From NCBI GenBank assembly GCA_963662465.1, contig OY759599.1, forward strand, positions 2,688,001-2,752,000: DNA of 64,000 bases, read 5' to 3'. The notes under the pieces were generated by a model. That model worked only from the letters and a program-made list of their open reading frames with translations. It had not been told where the DNA came from and did no database searches. This stretch comes from Desulfatiglandales bacterium. Lineage in GTDB: Bacteria > Desulfobacterota > DSM-4660 > Desulfatiglandales > Desulfatiglandaceae. This document shows positions 37,872 through 48,707 of this stretch, piece after piece (positions within the stretch are counted from its first letter, which is position 1; each line of letters begins with the position of its first letter). Made by a program: the position numbers and the translations under genes.

Positions 37872-38327
37872 TCAAGCCGACTTGATTTCAATCTTCTTAC
37901 TGGTGCTCTTTTCGGTCTTTTTGAGCTTGATCTGCAGCACCCCGTCTTTATAAACCGCATCCACCTTTTCCGCATCCACCTCCGCGGGAAGTTGGACGGT
38001 CCGGCTGAAAGACCCGAAACTTCTCTCGATCCGGTGGAAATTCTCCCCTTTTTCCTCCTTTTCCTGCTTCCGCTCCCCACGAAGGGTCAAGATGTCCCGA
38101 TTCAGGGAAATCTCAATTTCCTTGGGGTCCATGCCGGGCAGTTCCGCTTTAACCGACACTTCCGTTTCCGTTTCCGACAGATCCAGAGCCGGCGCCCACA
38201 TCCCCTTTTCACGCATGATGCCGAAAGGCTTCCAATCAAAGAACCGATCAAAAAGCTGATCCATTTCGCCTCTGAAACGCGACACCTCACCCCGCTGGGT
38301 CCAGGGCATCAAATCTTTTCTTTCCAT
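37872..38327 (-). CDS. Hsp20/alpha-crystallin small heat-shock protein
   Basis: WAPALDL.E, AELPG, ERSFGSFSR, A.YKDGVL.I. Confidence 0.95.
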   Translation of the reverse strand: MERKDLMPWTQRGEVSRFRGEMDQLFDRFFDWKPFGIMREKGMWAPALDLSETETEVSVKAELPGMDPKEIEISLNRDILTLRGERKQEKEEKGENFHRIERSFGSFSRTVQLPAEVDAEKVDAVYKDGVLQIKLKKTEKSTSKKIEIKSA

Positions 38328-38451
38328 GGTATTCCTCCTTGTTAAAATTCGTTTCTCATTTGCTGCTCAGCATCATCACATCCCAATAACATGTTTCCCG
38401 GTTCCACGCTTCATTCCCTGGAGAAGGCGGAAACGCCCCGGTTTTTCCGTC

Positions 38452-38988
38452 TCACATCACCGGATCAGCGTCCCACCTCCTCCTATCGAACAGGCAGTCC
38501 ATCCCGGGAGCGACCCATTCGTTGCGCCATAAACATTGTGCGTTTTCAAACAGAGCCGCACAAACATTTTCGCCATCCAGATTCATCTGAATACGGTCTT
38601 TCAATTCGCTCGCATCAAAGCCTTTAAATACGAGATCGGATATTGAAGACTTTGACTCATACCTGAAATGGGGGTAGGCAAAGCACACAATGACGGGAAG
38701 GGTTTCATATCGCTTTCGAATATTTTGATACAGTTGGGAACCGTTCCCCTTACCAAAACCGGCGCCCATGATAACCACGTCCGGCGTCTCTTCCCGAATC
38801 ATTTGATGAACGTTCGCAGAGTTACCCGTGTCAACCACAGTATACCCCCAGGCCTCCAGTTCAAAGCGATACAGCATTCGAAGGTCTTCGTCTTTTTCCA
38901 TCAGGAGCAATTTACACATATGTGGCACAGTCTCTTTCCCGTCCCGTGCTTGGTCATGATCGGCATGTTCACTCCGGTGCGTCCTCAA
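38452..38988 (-). CDS. atypical (pseudo-) receiver-domain protein
   Basis: REC fold pattern LLLMEKD..PDVVIMG..PVIV..K, with the phospho-acceptor Asp replaced by Gly. Confidence 0.65.
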   Translation of the reverse strand: MRTHRSEHADHDQARDGKETVPHMCKLLLMEKDEDLRMLYRFELEAWGYTVVDTGNSANVHQMIREETPDVVIMGAGFGKGNGSQLYQNIRKRYETLPVIVCFAYPHFRYESKSSISDLVFKGFDASELKDRIQMNLDGENVCAALFENAQCLWRNEWVAPGMDCLFDRRRWDADPVM

Positions 38989-39154
38989 TTACTTCCAGGC
39001 AATAGGAACGCCAGGCGCAGAAAAGCTCCCGGCACTCGCTTTTTCCGGTTCGAAAGCAATCCGGGTTTCCCTCTGCCCGCTGAAGACTTTGAACCAGATG
39101 TACGGGATCGCAATGTCCGATCTTCTCCACCGCCGGTAAGGGTTGTTTTTCCAT
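38969..39154 (-). CDS. small Cys-rich protein (QRAEGN.DCF..C....C.WR..C family, often labelled SAP-domain protein in deltaproteobacteria)
   Basis: LVQSLQRAEGNPDCFRTGKSECRELFCAWRSYC; GAAGGGG RBS. Confidence 0.7.
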   Translation of the reverse strand: MEKQPLPAVEKIGHCDPVHLVQSLQRAEGNPDCFRTGKSECRELFCAWRSYCLEVIEDAPE

Positions 39155-39199
39155 GAATACTACCCCTTCATTCTGGCGAAAAAAATCTTACTTGCGCTT

Positions 39200-39320
39200 A
39201 TTATAGCTGGATATCAACCGTTGTCCATGGAGGGAACGCCTCATTTTCATGGGGGAAATTCCCGGAAAAGAAGAAATACGGGGTCGAAAAAATGGGGGAT
39301 TATCCCGGAAAAACCTCATG
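39200..39320 (-). promoter_or_regulatory. promoter plus tandem NarL/LuxR-type binding-site candidates
   Basis: Minus-strand TATAAT (39205-39200) with TGGACA 16 bp upstream; ATGGGGGA-ATT/TTAT-CCCGGAAAA repeats at 39249 and 39292, and a related ATGGAGGGAA at 39227. Confidence 0.5.
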
Positions 39321-39355
39321 GGTCCAGAGGCGGGATTTGGCGAGCGAGCGGCGAG

Positions 39356-40033
39356 CTACCCCTTCCACAAATCCAGGTCGATGAGACCCAGCCTGGCGGC
39401 GTAGCGCACCAGATCAAGGGTGGTATGAACATCCAGTTTGCTCATGATGTTCGAACGGTGGTTTTCAACGGTCTTCTGACTGATAAAGAGTTTTTTGGCG
39501 ATATCTCCTGCGGTTTTTCCCTCGGAGATCAGCACCATAACCTCCTGCTCCCGCCGGGTCAGGGCATCGTAGGCCTTATCCTTGTTTCTTTTCGCGCCCG
39601 CCGGGTCGCCGATCAGTCTCTCCACCACACTGTGGGAGATGTTGCTGTCAAGGAAATACTCACCCCGGGAAACGGCGCGAAGACCCGAGACCAGGGTTTC
39701 CGATGCGGATTCCTTGCTGATATATCCCAGGGCGCCGGCCTCCAGAGCCTTGACGATATAAGACGTCTTAGCATGCATGGTCAGCACCAGGATCCTTGTG
39801 CCGCTGATTTTCTCCCGAATATCCCGAGTCAGATCAATGCCGCTGCCGTCGGGCAGGGACAGGTCCACAATGGCCACGTCGGGCCTGAATTCCTTGACCT
39901 TCTGAAAGCCTTCATGCACCGTTCCGGCTTCCCCTAAAAGCGTCAGCGTCTTGTCGTTGGCAATGATGGCCTTCAGGCCTTCACGAAAAAGGGGGTGATC
40001 TTCCACAATAACAATGGACAGATTTTCGGCCAT
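39356..40033 (-). CDS. NarL/FixJ-family response regulator (REC + LuxR HTH)
   Basis: VEDHPLFREG, VDLSLPDGSG, LTRREQEV, TVENHRSNIMSKL. Confidence 0.95.
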   Translation of the reverse strand: MAENLSIVIVEDHPLFREGLKAIIANDKTLTLLGEAGTVHEGFQKVKEFRPDVAIVDLSLPDGSGIDLTRDIREKISGTRILVLTMHAKTSYIVKALEAGALGYISKESASETLVSGLRAVSRGEYFLDSNISHSVVERLIGDPAGAKRNKDKAYDALTRREQEVMVLISEGKTAGDIAKKLFISQKTVENHRSNIMSKLDVHTTLDLVRYAARLGLIDLDLWKG

Positions 40034-40034
40034 T

Positions 40035-41621
40035 TCAAACCTCCTTCAGGGGTAACGTGATGCGCAGGGTGGTCCCCTTTCCCGGTTCAGACCGGAGCGC
40101 AAACGTTCCGCTCAGCAAGCGGACCCGCTCTTCCATGCTCCGCAGGCCCATCCGTTTCTCTTTCGACATCTTCCGCCGTCGTTCCTCTACATCAAAACCC
40201 ACACCGTTGTCTTCAATGAAAAGATGGATATTGGGAAAAGCCGCGATCATCCGAACCTGAACCCGTGAGGCACGGGCGTGTTTGCGGATATTTCGGATCC
40301 CCTCCTGAACGAGCCGGTACAGGCCAATGGCGACATCCGAGTTCAGGGGCGCGTGCTCCATGCCCGCCGACGAAAAGGATATCGCCAGCCCGGATGCCTC
40401 GGCGGTTTCCTCACAAAGCACGCCGATACTCTCCTCGATCCTGTCCGGATCAAGATCGGGAGGCCGGAGATCGTAGGCCAAATCCCGCACACCATGGATG
40501 GTTTTTTCCAGATCCCCGGCCATTTTGGAAATGCGGTTCGTGACCTCCCGGGGAAGATCTTCCCATTGAGCCATCATCCCCAGACAGGTCATCTTGTGTG
40601 CCGCCAGATCCTGGGCCACCCCGTCATGAAGTTCCCCGGCAATCATGTGTCGCTCCCTTTCCTGGGCCTGCAGCAGCTCCCCGGTCAGGGCACGAATCCG
40701 GTTCATGGAGTTTTTCAACTCCGTCAGATCCCTGAGCACCACCAGGAAGCGCATGGTGGAACCGGATGGATCGGCCAGGGGGACGATGCAACACTCCCAG
40801 TGGGTATTTTCGGCATCGGCTCCCCGGGGCGCCATGGCGGGGACAAAGGGCTGGGTAACACCTTTCTTGAGGGCCTGCATACCCCGGCATTCGTAACAGG
40901 GGGCATCCCTGCCGTACAAGAGCCTGTAACAGAAATCGCCCGCCACCTCATGAAGGCGCCTGCCCACCATTCTCAGGAAGGTATCGTTCGCCCACAGGAC
41001 GTGCATACCCCCGTCGCAGTAACAGATCAAATCGACCATGGCGTTCAAGATCTGATTGGACTGCTCCTCCCGCCAGCGCAGGGCACGTTCCGCCGCCTTG
41101 CGTTTGGAAATATCAATGATAATGACCCGCATCCCCTCAGAGACTTCCTTTCCGTCCCACATGGAAACACATCTGATCTGGACCTCGGTTTCACCGCCGG
41201 CCCCTTTTTTTAAGACCAATTCCATGTCCTGACCGGTCTCCGCCAGCCGTGCCCGCTTCATGTAATCCATAAAAGCATTCCGGGCTTTCATGGGCGCAAA
41301 TCCGAGAAGCGGCATTCCAACCAGTTGTTTTCGTGAGACATCCAACAGATGGGAGGCCATGAGATTGGCCTCCATGATGTTCCCCCGAACATCCAGGGTA
41401 AGGTAACCCACCGGCGCCAAATCGAAAAGCTCAAAAGACCTGCGCTGGGATTCCGCCAGTTCCAACTGAATTTCTCTCAGGCTTTCGTTCTGAAGTTCCA
41501 GTTCCACCTGCCGGTTTTGCAGTTCATAAACCAGCTCCTGAAAATGCGACAGCGGCAATTCCACATGTTCTTCTTCCGCATGCCGGTTCAGCGGTGGTTT
41601 CTGTTCATGATCACGTTCCAT
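40035..41621 (-). CDS. PAS-PAS sensor histidine kinase (HisKA_3 / NarX-like)
   Basis: ERHMIAGELHDG, QEGIRNIRKHA, DNGVGF, GLRSMEERV; N-terminal ELQ..QVELELQNE coil. Confidence 0.93.
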   Translation of the reverse strand: MERDHEQKPPLNRHAEEEHVELPLSHFQELVYELQNRQVELELQNESLREIQLELAESQRRSFELFDLAPVGYLTLDVRGNIMEANLMASHLLDVSRKQLVGMPLLGFAPMKARNAFMDYMKRARLAETGQDMELVLKKGAGGETEVQIRCVSMWDGKEVSEGMRVIIIDISKRKAAERALRWREEQSNQILNAMVDLICYCDGGMHVLWANDTFLRMVGRRLHEVAGDFCYRLLYGRDAPCYECRGMQALKKGVTQPFVPAMAPRGADAENTHWECCIVPLADPSGSTMRFLVVLRDLTELKNSMNRIRALTGELLQAQERERHMIAGELHDGVAQDLAAHKMTCLGMMAQWEDLPREVTNRISKMAGDLEKTIHGVRDLAYDLRPPDLDPDRIEESIGVLCEETAEASGLAISFSSAGMEHAPLNSDVAIGLYRLVQEGIRNIRKHARASRVQVRMIAAFPNIHLFIEDNGVGFDVEERRRKMSKEKRMGLRSMEERVRLLSGTFALRSEPGKGTTLRITLPLKEV

Positions 41622-41877
41622 GGGGTTTCCTCACCGGGTGTCAGGGTTAAAATAGGGGGGGTTCAACCGCATGAATTCGTAGTATCACATTCCTGCTTCC
41701 CTTCACAACGCAAAATCGCCCACCGCAGGGAAACGGAAAAAAGCAAAATCCTCATAATAAAATAAGCGTTTCCTGAAAATCCCTTGACAAAAAAGCGTTA
41801 ATGCGTGACGCTGCATTTCCGAATCATTGGGATCAAACACGGTTTTTTGAAACAATAACAATTGCGGGAAACCCGTC

Positions 41878-44868
41878 ATGCCCGGAAGAAAAGCCCATTC
41901 AAAACAGACCCGAACACCCCACGACCCACCCCCCGTTTCAGACATGCCGATCGAATCGATACCTGACGGCAAAGCGTCATACCCCATTGTCGGACTGGGG
42001 GCATCGGCCGGGGGCCTGGAAGCGTTAAAACTTTTTTTCGCAAAGGTTCCCCAAAACAGCGGTCTGGCCTACATCGTGGTGGTTCACATGACCCCGAAGC
42101 AGCCCAGCATATTGGCCGAGCTGCTGCAGAAGGTGAGCCGTATCCCCATTAAGACGGCCGTGGACGGGGAACCGGTTCAGCCCGATCATGCCTATGTGGC
42201 GCCTCCCGACAAAGAGATCAACCTGTATCAGGGGGCCCTTCAACTGCTGGACTTCCTGAAGAAACGGGATCACCTCTCCATTGACTTTTTTTTCAGGTCC
42301 CTGGCCCGGGACCAGGGGGCCAATGCCTGCGGCATTGTGCTATCGGGCACCGGCACGGACGGCACCCTTGGGCTGAAAGAGATCAAGGAGTTTGATGGAT
42401 TGACCCTGGTTCAGTCCGAAAAAACGGCCGCATACGACGGCATGCCCCGAAGCGCCATTCAATCGGGCATCATCGACATGGTGCTGCCCCCCGAAGAAAT
42501 GCCGGAAAGACTCATCCGTTATTACGAACATCACCCGCTCACCGTCGCGGATGATCCCGTCAAAAAATCAGGTTTCAGGGAAGACACGCACCACCAGCTT
42601 CCCAAGATTTTCGCCCTGCTGAGAAACCATACGGGACACGATTTCTCAGTTTATAAAAAGAACACCATCCTGCGGCGCATTGTCCGCCGCATGAACCTCA
42701 ACAACATCCGGGAACAGGATCAATACATTCGGTTTTTAAGAGAACATCCCCAAGAGGTGGAAACGTTGTTTCGGGAACTCCTCATCGGCGTGACCCATTT
42801 TTTCAGGGATGCGCCCTCCTTTGATGTTCTGCAAAAAGATATCCTCCCCGGTTTGCTGGACCGTTTAGGGGACGGTGAAACCTTTCGTGCCTGGATACCG
42901 GGGTGCTCCACCGGCGAGGAAGTCTATTCCCTGGCCATCATTTTGCGGGAATGCCTGGATGGGTTTTCCAAACGGATCACCCTGCAACTGTTCGGAACCG
43001 ATATTGACCAGTATGCCATCGAAAAAGCCCGCAATGGCCTTTTCCACACCGGCATTGCCGCGGATGTAAGTGCCGATCGGCTGAATCGCTTTTTTATCCG
43101 GGAGGGAGATTCTTTCCGCATCCGAAGGGAGATTCGGGACTGTGTGATATTCTCGGTTCAGGACGTCATCAAGGACCCCCCCTTTTCACGCCTGAACCTG
43201 CTCTGCTGCCGCAATCTCCTGATCTATCTGAACGCCTCCGCCCAGAAAAGGCTCGTGCCGTTGTTTCACTATACCCTGCGGCCGGAGGGTGTTCTGGTGC
43301 TGGGTTCTTCCGAAACCATCGGCGGATTTACCGATCTGTTTGAAAACCTGAACAACAAATGGAAAATCTTTCGCGCAAAAGAGGCGCCGGCAACCCTTCG
43401 GGGTCAGGTGGCGTTTCCCACGGGCCCGGGCGTTGACACCCATGCCATAGCCGTCAATACCGATACGGTGAAGGCGCCCGACATCAACCTGGGAAACATC
43501 ACGAAGAATCTGGTTCTGGAACGGTTTTCACCCTCGGCGGTTCTCATCGACGCCAAAGGGAATATCCTTCACGTGCAGGGGCGGACCGGCAAGTATCTGG
43601 AGGCCACCAGCGGTCCCCCCACCCGGAACGTTCTGGATATGGCCCGGGAGGGGCTGCGCATTGAACTTTCCTCGGCCATCCGCAATGCCGCGGCTCTGCA
43701 AAGAGAGGTTACCCGCGGGGATCTTCACGTGAGGACCAACGGGGACACCCAGATCATCCATCTTCATGTGATCCCCTTGAAACAACCCCCGGAGGTGGCC
43801 GGACAGCTTCTGGTGGTATTTGAAGACGTGGCGGTCGAACCGGAAAGTTCCGACTCGGCCCCAACCCTTTCAGGATCACCGCCCCACAAATCCAAAAACC
43901 GGATCTCTGAGCTGGAAAAAGAGCTGCAATATACCCGTGAGAGCCACCAGACCACCATCGAGGAACTGGAAAGTTCCAATGAAGAACTCAAAAGCACCAA
44001 TGAGGAAATGCAATCCGCCAACGAAGAGCTGCAAAGCACCAACGAAGAACTGGAATCCTCCAAGGAGGAACTCCAGTCCCTGAACGAAGAACTGCATACG
44101 GTGAATTCCGAAATGCAGAACAAAGTGGAAGAACTCTCCGCGGCCCAGGACGACATGCGCAACCTGCTCAACAGCATCGAGATCGCCACCCTGTTCGTGG
44201 ACAATGAAAAACGCATCAAGCGGTTCACCCGGGAAGCCGCCAAAATCATCAACCTGATTCACACGGACATCGGGCGCCCCATCGAGCACGTGGTCTCCAA
44301 CCTGGCATACGACGGCATGATCCGGGATCTCACCCGGGTACTGGAAACCCTGGCCCCCATGGAAACCGAGGTGCGAACCTGGGAAGGGAACTGGTATGCC
44401 ATGCGCATTATGCCCTATCGCACCACCGATAACCGCATTGACGGGGCGGTCCTGACCTTTACGGGCATTGATGACCAGAAACGCGCCCAGGAGATGCTTC
44501 ACACCGACAACATCGACATGGAAACCTTGCTGGAAACCGTTTTTGACGCCAACCCGAAACCCATGATCGTGCTGGACAGCCGGAGAAACGCCGTGATCGC
44601 CAATGCCGCCTTTTACGGCCTGATGGAAAAAACACCCGGCGATATCAAGGGACGCAACCTGTTCACCTTTGAAAATGACCTGTTCAGCCGGACCGACCTG
44701 GAAAAAAAGATTACCGAGGGGTTGGAAAAGAATATGGAATTTACATCCACGCCTTTCGAACTGGACCGGCACGATAAAAAACGCTTGTTCTCCATCCACG
44801 GCCGACCCATGCGGCCGAAATCAGGTTCAACCTATTGCGTCATTCTGCGGTTTGATGAGTTCATTTAA
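41878..44868 (+). CDS. CheB methylesterase / CheR methyltransferase fusion with coiled coil and PAS domains
   Basis: GASAGGLEA, LSGTGTDG, GCSTGEEVYS, GTDID, CRNLLIY, EELESSNEELKSTNEE heptads, PAS_10-like region. Confidence 0.95.
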   Translation: MPGRKAHSKQTRTPHDPPPVSDMPIESIPDGKASYPIVGLGASAGGLEALKLFFAKVPQNSGLAYIVVVHMTPKQPSILAELLQKVSRIPIKTAVDGEPVQPDHAYVAPPDKEINLYQGALQLLDFLKKRDHLSIDFFFRSLARDQGANACGIVLSGTGTDGTLGLKEIKEFDGLTLVQSEKTAAYDGMPRSAIQSGIIDMVLPPEEMPERLIRYYEHHPLTVADDPVKKSGFREDTHHQLPKIFALLRNHTGHDFSVYKKNTILRRIVRRMNLNNIREQDQYIRFLREHPQEVETLFRELLIGVTHFFRDAPSFDVLQKDILPGLLDRLGDGETFRAWIPGCSTGEEVYSLAIILRECLDGFSKRITLQLFGTDIDQYAIEKARNGLFHTGIAADVSADRLNRFFIREGDSFRIRREIRDCVIFSVQDVIKDPPFSRLNLLCCRNLLIYLNASAQKRLVPLFHYTLRPEGVLVLGSSETIGGFTDLFENLNNKWKIFRAKEAPATLRGQVAFPTGPGVDTHAIAVNTDTVKAPDINLGNITKNLVLERFSPSAVLIDAKGNILHVQGRTGKYLEATSGPPTRNVLDMAREGLRIELSSAIRNAAALQREVTRGDLHVRTNGDTQIIHLHVIPLKQPPEVAGQLLVVFEDVAVEPESSDSAPTLSGSPPHKSKNRISELEKELQYTRESHQTTIEELESSNEELKSTNEEMQSANEELQSTNEELESSKEELQSLNEELHTVNSEMQNKVEELSAAQDDMRNLLNSIEIATLFVDNEKRIKRFTREAAKIINLIHTDIGRPIEHVVSNLAYDGMIRDLTRVLETLAPMETEVRTWEGNWYAMRIMPYRTTDNRIDGAVLTFTGIDDQKRAQEMLHTDNIDMETLLETVFDANPKPMIVLDSRRNAVIANAAFYGLMEKTPGDIKGRNLFTFENDLFSRTDLEKKITEGLEKNMEFTSTPFELDRHDKKRLFSIHGRPMRPKSGSTYCVILRFDEFI

Positions 44869-44882
44869 AAACGGAGGCAACC

Positions 44883-46614
<1,732 letters not shown>

Positions 46615-46641
46615 GGTTTTGTATCAAAGGAGTCAAGGATC

Positions 46642-47436
46642 ATGCGAATAAACACCAACGGCATACAAATCAATTGCGCACTATCAGGGGAAAAAGACGC
46701 AGCGGTAGTGGTACTGAGCCACTCTTTGGGCTCGGGCATGAACATGTGGGATACTCAGCTTGACGCTTTGGAACCCCATTACCGGGTTTTACGATATGAC
46801 ATGCGCGGCCACGGCGAAAGTGACGCGCCGGAAGGCGCATACACCCTGGAACAACTGGCGGCCGATGTGGTGGGGTTGCTTGACGCACTGGAAATTGACG
46901 CCGTTCATTTCGTCGGCTTGTCCATCGGCGGCATGATCGGCCAATGTCTGGGGCTCAATTACGCCGACCGTTTAACCAGCCTGGTGTTATGCTCTACCGC
47001 GGCCGTTATTCCCAAAGAAGCCAAACCGATGTTCGAAGAACGCAAACAAATTGCCCGTCAAAAAGGGATGTCGGCATTGGTTGACGGCGCCATGGAGCGC
47101 TGGTTTACCTTGCCCTATCTCAACACAAATCCACCCGCAGTAGACCTGATTCGCAAACAATTTCCGGCAACACCGGTGGCGGGTTTTATCGGATGCAGTG
47201 AAGCCATCCTGGGCCTTGATTACCTGGATCGGCTTTCCGAAATCAAACTCCCCACCTTAATCATGGTTGGAGAGGAGGATCAGGGGACGCCGGTGGCCGC
47301 ATCCGAAGCCATTCATGCCGGCATTCCCAACTCCCAATTGGAAGTGCTGCCCTCTGCCGCACATCTTTCCAACATCGAACAGGCCAGTGCGTTTAATGCC
47401 GGGCTGTTGCGCTTTTTAAAAAACAATAGCTTATGA
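46642..47436 (+). CDS. pcaD: 3-oxoadipate enol-lactonase-like alpha/beta hydrolase
   Basis: SHSLG, YDMRGHG, GLSIGG nucleophile elbow, AHLSNIEQ. Confidence 0.85.
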   Translation: MRINTNGIQINCALSGEKDAAVVVLSHSLGSGMNMWDTQLDALEPHYRVLRYDMRGHGESDAPEGAYTLEQLAADVVGLLDALEIDAVHFVGLSIGGMIGQCLGLNYADRLTSLVLCSTAAVIPKEAKPMFEERKQIARQKGMSALVDGAMERWFTLPYLNTNPPAVDLIRKQFPATPVAGFIGCSEAILGLDYLDRLSEIKLPTLIMVGEEDQGTPVAASEAIHAGIPNSQLEVLPSAAHLSNIEQASAFNAGLLRFLKNNSL

Positions 47437-47492
47437 TGACCACTGCGGCGCATAGCCGCGGTTTTTGGTTTTGGGTATTAAGTTTTAAGTGA

Positions 47493-47520
47493 GTAGAGAC
47501 AAGGCATGCCTTGTCTCTAC
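47493..47520. repeat. GTAG-type REP-like perfect palindrome
   Basis: GTAGAGACAAGGCATGCCTTGTCTCTAC is its own reverse complement (28 bp). Confidence 0.8.
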
Positions 47521-47560
47521 AGCCTCGACCATCGCGGCCAGACATCGCTCACACAGCGCC

Positions 47561-47605
47561 ATTTTCATCTGCGGGGGTGGCGAACCCCTTGTCATGAGGG
47601 TCTAC
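47561..47605 (+). repeat. 45-bp dispersed intergenic element, copy 2
   Basis: ATTTTCATCTGCGGGGGTGGCGAACCCCTTGTCATGAGGGTCTAC, homologous to 30868-30912. Confidence 0.7.
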
Positions 47606-48118
47606 GTGAAAAAAGAAGTTCAAGAAATCGTCGCGGCACTAAACAACGCCAATGTCAGATATGTGGTGGCCGGGGGGTTGGCAGTGGTTGCACATGGCTA
47701 TCTCCGTTTAACCATGGATATTGATTTGGTGATAGATCTGGAACGTGACAATTTGCTTCGCGGCTTGACCGCGCTGGAAGCGGTCGGTTACAAACCCCGG
47801 CTTCCAGTGACAAACAAACAGTTTGCAAATGCTAAAACACGCGAAAGCTGGATTAGAGATAAAAATATGATGGTGTTCCCACTTTGGAATCCATCCGATA
47901 TAAACGGGATAGTAATTGATGTATTTGCGAAGTGTCCCTTCGATTTCGCGGATGAATACGCGAACGCGAAGTGGATGGAAATTGATGGTGGACCGCGAGT
48001 TCCTTTTGTTGGGCTGGACTGCCTTTTGAGGATGAAGGAAATAGCAGCGCGTCCAAAAGATTTGGTTGACATCGAATATCTCGAAAGGGCTCGAAATGAA
48101 AAGTCGACGGAAGGGTGA
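47594..48118 (+). CDS. Pol-beta-superfamily nucleotidyltransferase (DUF6036-like)
   Basis: YVVAGGLAVVAHG..R.T.DID and C-terminal K..AARPKD..DI..L motifs. Start is ATG 47594 or GTG 47606. Confidence 0.8.
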   Translation: MRVYVKKEVQEIVAALNNANVRYVVAGGLAVVAHGYLRLTMDIDLVIDLERDNLLRGLTALEAVGYKPRLPVTNKQFANAKTRESWIRDKNMMVFPLWNPSDINGIVIDVFAKCPFDFADEYANAKWMEIDGGPRVPFVGLDCLLRMKEIAARPKDLVDIEYLERARNEKSTEG

Positions 48119-48302
48119 AGATCCCTGGCAGTATGCGACATATGAGGGCGTTGAACGCTTGCAGTCTCTGCAAACTGCAAAGATGACGCTTTCTGAACGG
48201 CTTCAGGCTCTGGATGACATGATTCGTCTTGCCAGGGGGCTTCACGAACATGGTTCTAACTTGAAAAGAGTAAAGGAAATAAATGAAACAGGCGAATCAT
48301 AA
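48096..48302 (+). CDS. small helical protein overlapping the nucleotidyltransferase (putative partner)
   Basis: MKSRRKGEDPWQYATYEG...MTLSERLQALDDM; overlaps the NTase stop by 23 nt. Confidence 0.6.
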   Translation: MKSRRKGEDPWQYATYEGVERLQSLQTAKMTLSERLQALDDMIRLARGLHEHGSNLKRVKEINETGES

Positions 48303-48320
48303 ACGGGTAAGGAAATCCAT

Positions 48321-48704
48321 ATGCTGAAAATATTCCTGATCATGGCGGGGGGCGGCCTGGGCGCCCTCTGTCGCTACGGACTGGGACTCGCGGGCGGCCG
48401 GTTTATCGGCGTGGGATTCCCCTGGGGAACCCTTGCGGCCAACATGATCGGCTGTTTTCTGATCGGTGCGGCTTTCGGCCTGGCGGGAAAAGCGAGCTGG
48501 TTCGGTCCTGAGTTTCGATTGTTTTTCATGACCGGTTTTCTGGGAGCGCTCACCACCTTCTCCACCTATGCCCTGGAATCGGTCAACTATCTCCGAAACG
48601 ACAGCCATGTAGCCCTGACCAATTTTCTGGTGAACAATATAGGCGGCGGCCTGCTGGTGGTGACGGGCATGTGGCTGGTGCAGGCCACGCTTGAAGGGAG
48701 GTAG
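48321..48704 (+). CDS. crcB: fluoride channel FluC/CrcB
   Basis: GGGLGALCRY, FPWGTLAANMIGCF, GFLGALTTFST. Confidence 0.95.
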   Translation: MLKIFLIMAGGGLGALCRYGLGLAGGRFIGVGFPWGTLAANMIGCFLIGAAFGLAGKASWFGPEFRLFFMTGFLGALTTFSTYALESVNYLRNDSHVALTNFLVNNIGGGLLVVTGMWLVQATLEGR

Positions 48705-48707
48705 GTT

